From the IMG/VR virus record IMGVR_UViG_3300015050_000492, positions 1 to 32,301 of that record: a stretch of 32,301 nt of DNA; one strand, given 5' to 3'. This DNA is from a virus. Taxonomy: Duplodnaviria; Caudoviricetes. Made by a program: the position numbers and the translations under genes. Under the pieces are notes generated by a model. That model saw nothing but the letters and a program-made list of their open reading frames with translations. It had not been told where the DNA came from and ran no database searches. Below are positions 25,234 through 32,301 of the stretch, one piece after another; position 1 is the first letter of the stretch, and each line of letters opens with the position of its first letter.

Positions 25234-25989
25234 ATGACTGATCTATTTGACCAGAATAATCAGGAACAGAATAATAACGTTGCACTTGATAATAACAACC
25301 CTTTTGAAGACAAGCTTAAGGTTATTGTAAACGATCAAGGACAGCCGAAGTACAAAGATGTCAATGCCGCTCTCGATGCTCTTAATGCGTCACAGGCACA
25401 CATCAAGCGCCTAGAGGACGAAGCGAAAGCTGCTCAGGCCCTGACTGCTGATGCCGTGGCTAATAAGGCACGTGCTGATGCATTGGAAGAAATTGTAAAT
25501 CGTCTGTCAAACAACTCTGGTAATAAGCCAACTGAACCGGCGACCCCCGTGAAAGAGGCTCCTACTGAGGAAGCAATCGTTAAGCAGCTAGAAAGTATCA
25601 TCGCTCGTAAAGAAGCGCAGAGCACTGCTCAGAAGAATATTCAGGCTGTTCAAACTTCTCTTATTGCCAAGTTTGGTGATGAGACTAAGACTAAGGAAGC
25701 CGTAGCCGCAAAGGCTAAGGAACTCGGTCTTACTCCTCAGAAGCTTGGTGCCCTCTCTAGTGAAACCCCTCTGGCTGTACTGGCTCTCTTTGGAATCACT
25801 TCCAATGCTGGTGCATCCCCAACTACTCCTTCCTCTACACCCCTCGTCCCTAATGACAATAACAAAGCCCTTGAGAGGCCCGTCCAGAGCTTGATCTCTG
25901 GCCCCGGTGCCACTGATGCAAATCGTAAGGCTTTCATGCAAAAGGTTAAAGAGGACGTGTATAAGAAGTTCCAAGTAGAACAGATTTAA
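25234..25989 (+). CDS. Capsid scaffolding protein
   Basis: Helical, Ala/Gln/Lys-rich, immediately upstream of the capsid gene. Confidence 0.78.
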   Translation: MTDLFDQNNQEQNNNVALDNNNPFEDKLKVIVNDQGQPKYKDVNAALDALNASQAHIKRLEDEAKAAQALTADAVANKARADALEEIVNRLSNNSGNKPTEPATPVKEAPTEEAIVKQLESIIARKEAQSTAQKNIQAVQTSLIAKFGDETKTKEAVAAKAKELGLTPQKLGALSSETPLAVLALFGITSNAGASPTTPSSTPLVPNDNNKALERPVQSLISGPGATDANRKAFMQKVKEDVYKKFQVEQI

Positions 25990-25999
25990 GGAAACATAA

Positions 26000-26950
26000 A
26001 TGCAGCTTACTACGAATACCCGCGCCTTTATTGAGGCCGAACAGTATTCCAGCTTCATCCTCCTGAACCTGCATGACGGCCTCCTCCCCGGTTCTTTCTA
26101 TCGTAATGTCTCCGACTTCGGTAATGGCACTACGCTCCATATTAAGACCATTGGTACTGTCACGCTTCAGGAAGCGGCTGAGGATACTCCTCTTGTCTAC
26201 AATCCGATTGAAACTGGTGAGATCACTTTCACCATTACTGAATATAAGGGTGACGCTTGGTACGTGACCGATGACCTCCGTGAAGACGGTACGGACATTG
26301 ATCGTCTGCTTTCCGAACGTGCTTCGGAGTCTACCCGTGCTATTCAGGAAGTGTTTGAGTCGGACTTCCTGTCTGTTGGTGCTCGCATCTATGCGGCTAC
26401 CAATGGTCCCTTTAATATTAATGGCTTTGCTCACAAGATTAACTCTGCCGAGACGAACAACATTTTTGCTCTCTCGCATCTGATCCGAATGCGCCTTGCC
26501 TTCGATAAGGCTAACGTTCCTGCTGAGGGCCGTATCTTTATCTGTGACCCGGTTGTTGAAGCCACGCTGAATGGCCTCGTAACCATCACCCACGATGTCA
26601 CCCCCTTTGGTGCTGAAATCCTTAAGGGCGGTATGGCTCGTGGCCAGCGTATGATCATGAACCTGTATGGTTGGGATATTATCCTGTCCAACCGGCTCTA
26701 TGTTCACGCCGCTGCTCAGACTGACGGCACGACCTCCATTACTGGTGGCGTGATGAATATGTTCATGTGTATCGCTGATGATCAGACTAAGCCGATCATG
26801 GGTGCATGGCGTCGTCAGCCGAAGGCCGAAGGTGAGCGTAACAAGGATCGTGCTCGTGATGAGCATGTGGTCCGTTGCCGCTATGGCTTCGGTGTGCAGC
26901 GTATGGATACGATGGGTACTCTCGTCACTTCCGCAACTGCGATTGAATAA
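26000..26950 (+). CDS. Major capsid protein
   Basis: 316 aa, AAGGA RBS, highly biased codons; DFGNGTTLHIKTIG, FDKANVPAEGRIFICDP, RYGFGVQR. Confidence 0.9.
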   Translation: MQLTTNTRAFIEAEQYSSFILLNLHDGLLPGSFYRNVSDFGNGTTLHIKTIGTVTLQEAAEDTPLVYNPIETGEITFTITEYKGDAWYVTDDLREDGTDIDRLLSERASESTRAIQEVFESDFLSVGARIYAATNGPFNINGFAHKINSAETNNIFALSHLIRMRLAFDKANVPAEGRIFICDPVVEATLNGLVTITHDVTPFGAEILKGGMARGQRMIMNLYGWDIILSNRLYVHAAAQTDGTTSITGGVMNMFMCIADDQTKPIMGAWRRQPKAEGERNKDRARDEHVVRCRYGFGVQRMDTMGTLVTSATAIE

Positions 26951-26961
26951 GGAGAACCTGG

Positions 26962-27504
26962 ATGACTAAATATGTAGCTTCCCCGTTCGGTAATGGCATT
27001 TCTACGCTCTCTGACGGCGGTAACGTCGTTGTGGCGAGTGGTGTCCCCCATAATACCTTCGGTCCTCGAGACAGCGGTGGTTCCACTGGTGTCCTCAAGG
27101 TAGAGGGTGCGATTGAACAGCTCCGTGTCGAGTTTACTGGTGACGATCTGAATGATCTTCTGGAGCCTCTGGTTCCCACGTATCTCCCGGCTGGTGCTCT
27201 CATTCGAGATGCTTACTGGAATACGAATGTCGTGTTCGTAGCTACTGGTACTAGCCCCACCCTTCTGGTGGGTACTGATACCAGCGAAGTTACCAACGGT
27301 CTGGTGGTCAATGAGACGGCTCTTGAAACTCTCGGTACTACGCGTGTCACCGGCACGCTCACCGGTACTTGGGCTGTCAATACTCCGCTCGCTGCTCGAA
27401 CTAAGATTGGCTTTGCCATCGGTGGTACTGGTAGCCCGGCTATTGCCCGCTCGGGTCGTGGTTATCTCACCATCGAGTATGTCCGTCCGGCACTCGGCGT
27501 CTAA
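26962..27504 (+). CDS. Virion structural protein (capsid decoration-like)
   Basis: Gly/Thr-rich beta protein right after the capsid gene with similar codon bias and AAGGAG RBS. Confidence 0.65.
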   Translation: MTKYVASPFGNGISTLSDGGNVVVASGVPHNTFGPRDSGGSTGVLKVEGAIEQLRVEFTGDDLNDLLEPLVPTYLPAGALIRDAYWNTNVVFVATGTSPTLLVGTDTSEVTNGLVVNETALETLGTTRVTGTLTGTWAVNTPLAARTKIGFAIGGTGSPAIARSGRGYLTIEYVRPALGV

Positions 27505-27522
27505 TGTCAAGGGCCACAATCC

Positions 27523-27858
27523 TTGGGAGCCGAATGGAAATTTAGAAAGCCAGAACCACAACATATGCAAGGAGTTTGTGTAAGTTGTGGTTTAAGGCCG
27601 CAGAGAAAGAGGGGGAAGCAAGGCTACGCCTCTATCTGCAATCGCTGTCATGCTACGAACTACCGAGAGAAGAAATATCTCCAATATAAGAAAGATGTCT
27701 GTGAGGATTGTGGTTTTGTACCCGTCCATCCATGTCAGTTGGACGTAGATCATATCGACGGTAATCATAAGAATGACAATCCATTAAATCTTAAGACATT
27801 GTGTGCCAATTGTCATAGACTTAAAACTATGCTTAATAGTGATTGGCGGGTAGGGTAA
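27523..27858 (+). CDS. HNH endonuclease
   Basis: CEDCG...LDVDHIDGNHKNDNPLNLKTLCANCHRLKT plus an N-terminal CVSC...CNRC; start uncertain (TTG 27523 or ATG 27565). Confidence 0.88.
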   Translation: MGAEWKFRKPEPQHMQGVCVSCGLRPQRKRGKQGYASICNRCHATNYREKKYLQYKKDVCEDCGFVPVHPCQLDVDHIDGNHKNDNPLNLKTLCANCHRLKTMLNSDWRVG

Positions 27859-27879
27859 CACCTACTCGCCTTTTCTTTT
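27845..27879 (+). terminator. Rho-independent terminator
   Basis: GGCGGGTAGG-GTAACA-CCTACTCGCC followed by TTTTCTTTT. Confidence 0.85.
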
Positions 27880-27894
27880 ATGGAGAAATGAAAC

Positions 27895-28362
27895 ATGGCG
27901 ATCGAGCATGTGTCTATCCCTGATGGGGAACGACACGAACCTAAAGGTGCCTCCACTGCTACTATCGATCAGGTGTATGTCTCTGACGGTGCAGCTAGTG
28001 GTGCATGGCGAACTATCCCCTTCCAAGATACAGTAGTGATGGATGATGTCTCAGCAGTTGGATTTGAGATTATTTCTATTCCTCAGAACTGTATCATCGA
28101 CAGTATCACTTATGTCCTACATGCTGCTATCACTGTTGCTAACAGCACTATGACTGTCACTCGTGGTGGTGATGCTGCTTCGCTTGGTACTCAGGTGATT
28201 GCGTTTACTGGCTCTGCTGAAGGTACTACTTTCACTCAGACCCCCTCTGGTAATAACACTCTCACTGCTGCAACACATAAGTATTTGAAGATTGCATCTG
28301 ATGGTGGTTCTACTACCACTGCTAAGATGTCCATCACGATCAAAGGAAGGATGCGTGCGTAA
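27895..28362 (+). CDS. Virion structural protein (putative)
   Basis: GGAG RBS; Thr/Ser/Ala-rich beta protein in the morphogenesis block. Confidence 0.7.
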   Translation: MAIEHVSIPDGERHEPKGASTATIDQVYVSDGAASGAWRTIPFQDTVVMDDVSAVGFEIISIPQNCIIDSITYVLHAAITVANSTMTVTRGGDAASLGTQVIAFTGSAEGTTFTQTPSGNNTLTAATHKYLKIASDGGSTTTAKMSITIKGRMRA

Positions 28363-28706
28363 TGCCAAAGGTGTATAACGCAGATACGAATGAATGGGAG
28401 GAGCCGAAAGGCAAGGGCTCTACTCCCGCTTCTAATACCCGCAAGAAAATGAAGGCAGCTAAGGCTGCTAAGCCTAAGTCTAAGAAGAAGGCCAAGGCTG
28501 CTAAAGCCCCTGTGCCTAAGGATAAGCCCAAGAAGGCCCCTGTTCCTGTTAAGCGTTCGGTTAAGGATAAGGTACGTGTACCTAGTCAGGCTGTTGCTGA
28601 TCAGGCTGCTAAGGGCAAGAAGCTTAAGGGTAAGACTGCTGATCTGCCGTCTAAGAATAAGAAGAAGGGTCACGGTATCGCTATGGGAAAGTATAAGTTG
28701 AAGTAA
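28362..28706 (+). CDS. Lys/Ala/Pro-rich histone H1-like basic protein
   Basis: KKMKAAKAAKPKSKKKAKAAKAPVPKDKPKKAPVPVK; TAATG coupling at both ends. Confidence 0.75.
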   Translation: MPKVYNADTNEWEEPKGKGSTPASNTRKKMKAAKAAKPKSKKKAKAAKAPVPKDKPKKAPVPVKRSVKDKVRVPSQAVADQAAKGKKLKGKTADLPSKNKKKGHGIAMGKYKLK

Positions 28707-29500
28707 TGGCAAAAACAAATCTGTTGGGAATCGTTCAGACTATTCTGTCTGATATGGATAGTGATATTGTCAACTCGATTGACGATACCGATGAAGCCAC
28801 TCAAGTTGCTCAAATTGTAAAGAGCACATTTGATGCTATGATTGCCAATAGGAATTGGCCACATACTCTTCGTATGATTAATCTCACGGCATCAACTGAT
28901 AACGATTTCCCTGTCTACATGACTATCGAAGACGATGTGAAAGAAATGGTTTCCATCTTCTACGAGAAGCATAGAGACGGGGATACTCGTCTGAGGTATG
29001 AGGACGTTAAATACAAAGACCCTGATGACTTCCTCCGTCTGACTAATGCGAGAGATAGTACGTCTGCTGATACACAGATCGTCCTCGATCCTAGTGGTGT
29101 AACTCTCCTAATTACGAATAACAAAGCTCCGGCTTACTACACTTCGTTTGATGACAACACGCTTGTCTTTGATAGTTTTGATAGTGCCGTGGATAGTACG
29201 CTTCAAGCTAGTAAGACACAGGCACGTGCATACGTCATTCCTGAATTTGAAATGACTAACACGTACATTCCTGATCTTCCCCTTGAAGGTTTCCCTGCCC
29301 TGATTGAAGAGGCCACTAGTAAGGCTCAATTCAAGCTCAGGCAGTTCAGTGACAGTAAGAGCGAACAGGAGGCAGGACGTCAACAGGCGTGGCTTTCCCG
29401 TAAGGCTTGGCGTGTCAAGGGCGGTATTAAGTATCCTGACTACGGTCGTAAGAACCGTAAGTGGTATCGTGATCCGACATTTAAACAAGGTGATTATTAA
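28706..29500 (+). CDS. Head-tail adaptor / tail tubular protein A-like
   Basis: LLGIVQTILSDMDSDIVNSIDDTDEATQVAQIV N-terminus typical of podovirus adaptors; position before the nozzle gene. Confidence 0.72.
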   Translation: MAKTNLLGIVQTILSDMDSDIVNSIDDTDEATQVAQIVKSTFDAMIANRNWPHTLRMINLTASTDNDFPVYMTIEDDVKEMVSIFYEKHRDGDTRLRYEDVKYKDPDDFLRLTNARDSTSADTQIVLDPSGVTLLITNNKAPAYYTSFDDNTLVFDSFDSAVDSTLQASKTQARAYVIPEFEMTNTYIPDLPLEGFPALIEEATSKAQFKLRQFSDSKSEQEAGRQQAWLSRKAWRVKGGIKYPDYGRKNRKWYRDPTFKQGDY

Positions 29501-29694
29501 TGATGGAATATGCTGGCTACAATATTGATGGTGATGGTGCCTTCGGTATGAAAATTATCAAGACCATTGGTCGTGGTAGCCTCCCCTCAGAACTCCGCGG
29601 TTCTTTCAGCAATGAGCGTGAAGCTCGTAAGGCTATTGATCTTTCCCGCGCGTTGAAGGAGAATGTTAATGCCGAGGTCCTCAGCACCAATTGA
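29500..29694 (+). CDS. Small hypothetical protein
   Basis: 64 aa, TAATG coupling. Confidence 0.7.
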   Translation: MMEYAGYNIDGDGAFGMKIIKTIGRGSLPSELRGSFSNEREARKAIDLSRALKENVNAEVLSTN

Positions 29695-32005
29695 GGTAAA
29701 CCACTTCGTTGCTGGTTTTATCTCTGATGCCAATCCTCTAACCTTCCCGGACAATGCTTCTATCGAAGAAGAGAATATGATTCTCAATATCGATGGTAGT
29801 CGTCAACGTAGGTTGGGATTGGACTTTGAAGAAGACTATGAGGAAATCACCACGACCATTGCTAACGCTGATACAGTAGATGTTGCTGTCTCTTCGTTCA
29901 AATGGGATAATGCTGGTGGTGATCCTGAGACTAGTATTCTTGTTGTTCAGACTGGTAGTGAGCTTAGGTTCCATCCTATGGACCCGTCTCCTATCTCTGG
30001 TAACACACTTCTTCTGACGTACGATGTAACTGCTGCTTCTGATGCTCAGGCATTCTCGTTCACTGTGGTTGATGGTATTCTGGTTGTTGTGACTGGACAG
30101 AAAGATGTGCAGATTTTCACCTATGCATCTGGTGCTGTCACCCAGTCTACCACTACTCTGAAGATCAGAGATATGTTCGGTGTAGAGGATGTGGTTAGTG
30201 CTGTTGACTTGTTTGATCATGTCGATAAGCGTCCTACTACTATCCCCGATACCCATCTGTACAATCTCCGTAATCAGACTTGGGCTATCCCCCGTGTTGA
30301 TGAGAACACTGAGAGCACGACTGATACTATCACTAATTTCTATTCTGAGAGTGGCAACACTGTCTACCCCTCCAATTCGGATACGGTGAACGTAGCCCTT
30401 CTCCCTGATGCTGCTGATACAGACAATCGTACTATTGAACGGTTCTTCCCTGACAACATCTTCAAGAACCCTCGTGGTACTACCCCTGCTCCCAAAGGCT
30501 ATTTCATTATCGATGCCTTGGAGCGTGGTGACAGTCGTGAAGCCGCTGATGCAGAACTACAGACTAACTACCCCATCCTAACTCTCGCCATTACTCCCGG
30601 TGCACTACCTGAAGACATCACCCCCGGTGGTGCTAGGTGTGCTACCGAATTTGCTGGTCGTGTGTTCTTCTCTGGCTTTAGTGGAGAAGTTACCGATGGT
30701 GATAAGAACTCCCCTCGCATGTCGTCCTATGTGTTGTTCTCCAGATTGGTGAACCACAATACCGACATCCATAAGTGCTATCAAGAAGGTGATCCGACTA
30801 ATAAGGATCAGCCTGATCTGGTTGCTACTGATGGTGGGTTCTTCCGTGTGTATGGTGCTTATAACATTCAGGCTATGTTCAACGTGGGAAGCTCCCTGTT
30901 GATCCTTGCTCAGAATGGTGTGTGGCGTGTGTACGGTGGTAGTGACTATGGTTTTGATGCTACCAACTACGTTATCGAACGTATCACTGATCACGGTGTG
31001 ATTAGCCCTGATAGTATTGTTCTTGTTGACAACACTATTATGTTTTGGGGTGACGATGGTATCTATCACGTCCGTACCAATGAGTTCGGTGACTGGACTG
31101 CTCAGAACATTACCTTCAGCCGTATTCAGGACTACTACAGTCGTATCCCCGCTGAAGATAAGCGTAGGAGCAAAGGTGCCTACGATAGCTTCGAGCGTAA
31201 GGTTCGGTGGATTTACTACAACCGACTGACTGATGATACTCCTACGAATGAACTAGTGCTGGATATTAATCTACAGGCGTTCTATATCAATCGGATTATG
31301 CAATACGAAACTAACGTTCCTCGTATGGTTAGCCCGATGAAGATTAATCCTTATCAGATTATCAACGTTACCACCCCTGTTGTTGTTAACACAGAACAGG
31401 TACAGGTCAACGCTGAAGATGTAGTGATGGGGATTGAAGATACTCTCACCAATCCTATTCAGGAAATTGCGTATCTAGTTGTCACACAGATTGTTCCTGT
31501 CATCAAATACACCTTCGCCCTCTATCGTAATATCGATTTCCGTGATTGGTATTCGTTTGATGCTGTTGGTCTTGATGCTGAAGCTTTCCTCGTGACTGGC
31601 TACTCAGCAGGTCCTGAAGGACAGCAGAGGGATCATATGAGAAATAAGGGTGTGCCTTATCTCTTCGTCCATTGTCGTCGTACTGAGACTGGCTTTGAAG
31701 AGTTGATCGATGGTGACTTTGAACCTGTCAACCAGTCTTCTTGTCTGGTACAAGCTAGGTGGGATTGGTCTGATAGTTCCAACTCTAATCGTTGGGGCAA
31801 CCAGTTCCAAGCGTATCGCTATAGAAGGCTCTACTTCCCTGTGGACGTTCTCGATACGTATGATACAGGGTTCACTACGATTGTAACCAAGAATAAACTT
31901 AGAGGTAAGGGTAGGGTGCTTTCTTTGAAGTTCTCTACAGAACCTTATCGTGATCTGCATCTGTATGGGTGGAGTTATTTGATGAGTGTGACTGGCAATG
32001 TATGA
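29669..32005 (+). CDS. Tail nozzle / tail tubular protein B-like
   Basis: ~780 aa beta-rich protein; N-terminal FVAG...ENMILNIDGSRQRRLG, FAGRVFFSG, SLLILAQNGVWRVYG; ATG 29669 has AAGGAG at 7 nt. Confidence 0.8.
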   Translation: MPRSSAPIEVNHFVAGFISDANPLTFPDNASIEEENMILNIDGSRQRRLGLDFEEDYEEITTTIANADTVDVAVSSFKWDNAGGDPETSILVVQTGSELRFHPMDPSPISGNTLLLTYDVTAASDAQAFSFTVVDGILVVVTGQKDVQIFTYASGAVTQSTTTLKIRDMFGVEDVVSAVDLFDHVDKRPTTIPDTHLYNLRNQTWAIPRVDENTESTTDTITNFYSESGNTVYPSNSDTVNVALLPDAADTDNRTIERFFPDNIFKNPRGTTPAPKGYFIIDALERGDSREAADAELQTNYPILTLAITPGALPEDITPGGARCATEFAGRVFFSGFSGEVTDGDKNSPRMSSYVLFSRLVNHNTDIHKCYQEGDPTNKDQPDLVATDGGFFRVYGAYNIQAMFNVGSSLLILAQNGVWRVYGGSDYGFDATNYVIERITDHGVISPDSIVLVDNTIMFWGDDGIYHVRTNEFGDWTAQNITFSRIQDYYSRIPAEDKRRSKGAYDSFERKVRWIYYNRLTDDTPTNELVLDINLQAFYINRIMQYETNVPRMVSPMKINPYQIINVTTPVVVNTEQVQVNAEDVVMGIEDTLTNPIQEIAYLVVTQIVPVIKYTFALYRNIDFRDWYSFDAVGLDAEAFLVTGYSAGPEGQQRDHMRNKGVPYLFVHCRRTETGFEELIDGDFEPVNQSSCLVQARWDWSDSSNSNRWGNQFQAYRYRRLYFPVDVLDTYDTGFTTIVTKNKLRGKGRVLSLKFSTEPYRDLHLYGWSYLMSVTGNV

Positions 32006-32300
32006 AGATTATAAGAAAGCTGTATATCACGAGGATGAAGATTTCAGCCTCACTGTAGAGATGATGGACGATCTTCCATTCATTCACCTCAATATTAAGA
32101 AAGCCTCTAAGGCTACTATAGACAGTGTGATGAAGAAGTTTGCAGAGGTTAAGGCTCTTGCCTACTTCGATGGTTATGAAGCCATCTACACGTACACGCA
32201 GGATAAGCGTATGTTTAATCTGTTCAAGCCTGACAGAGTTCTCGGGCCTATGAATTATCTTGGTAAGAAATATGAGGTGGCAGAATGGGTCTTGAACTAG
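31998..32300 (+). CDS. Hypothetical protein after nozzle (possibly degenerate acetyltransferase-like)
   Basis: 100 aa; occupies the position of T7 gp13-like genes. Fold is inference only. Confidence 0.6.
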   Translation: MYEDYKKAVYHEDEDFSLTVEMMDDLPFIHLNIKKASKATIDSVMKKFAEVKALAYFDGYEAIYTYTQDKRMFNLFKPDRVLGPMNYLGKKYEVAEWVLN

Positions 32301-32301
32301 T

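Larger units (their letters stand above)
1..32301. mobile_element. Podovirus-like bacteriophage genome segment (PA11/CW02/ICP2-like organisation), apparently lytic
   Basis: Terminase, portal, scaffold, capsid and tail genes on +; family A polymerase, primase-helicase and sigma on -; no host housekeeping genes, integrase or repressor seen. Taxonomic placement is inference from gene order. Confidence 0.95.

Noticed and set aside
26000-27504. Programmed frameshift or readthrough extending the capsid protein
   Set aside because: No slippery heptamer seen near the capsid stop, and the next gene has its own strong RBS.
16693-31960. Minus-strand ORFs over the structural arm (e.g. 25946-26866, 26881-27570, 23814-24482, hydrophobic 16693-17112)
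   Set aside because: Antisense shadows; the hydrophobic ones simply mirror Lys-rich sense codons.
1-32301. tRNA genes, introns, inteins, integrase or att sites
   Set aside because: No cloverleaf recognised; polymerase, helicase and terminase are uninterrupted and of normal length; no recombinase ORF. By-eye search only.

Overview
The whole window is a podovirus-type dsDNA phage genome segment with two divergently transcribed arms separated by a ~1.3 kb non-coding region (15403-16764) that probably holds the genome terminus or terminal repeat. The minus arm (15402->1) carries small early genes separated by conserved stem-loops, a 7-kb amide-bond-ligase cluster (ATP-grasp, peptidase C26/class I GATase, class II GATase, phiEco32-type COOH-NH2 ligase, Amidoligase_2), a MazG-like NTP-PPase, a T7-like primase-helicase, an ECF-like sigma factor and a family A DNA polymerase. 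The polymerase is missed by the ORF track because it runs off the window. The plus arm (16765->32300) carries two receptor-binding proteins, terminase, portal, scaffold, major capsid, an HNH nuclease and tail tubular proteins. Gene content and order resemble phages of the PA11/CW02/ICP2 group (Zobellviridae-like) and phiEco32/LUZ24; this is inference from recalled families, not a database search. No RNA polymerase, integrase, tRNA or CRISPR was seen. Main observations: (1) the amidoligase cluster; (2) a candidate phage-sigma promoter, TTGTAACA-N16-AGTAT, at both expected late-promoter positions; (3) two RMF/CrpP-like small proteins, one absent from the ORF track; (4) a ~100-120 nt hairpin element present both inside the polymerase CDS and in an intergenic gap; (5) a family of post-stop-codon stem-loops and a long structured early leader; (6) a G-rich, IHF-site-rich putative terminus.
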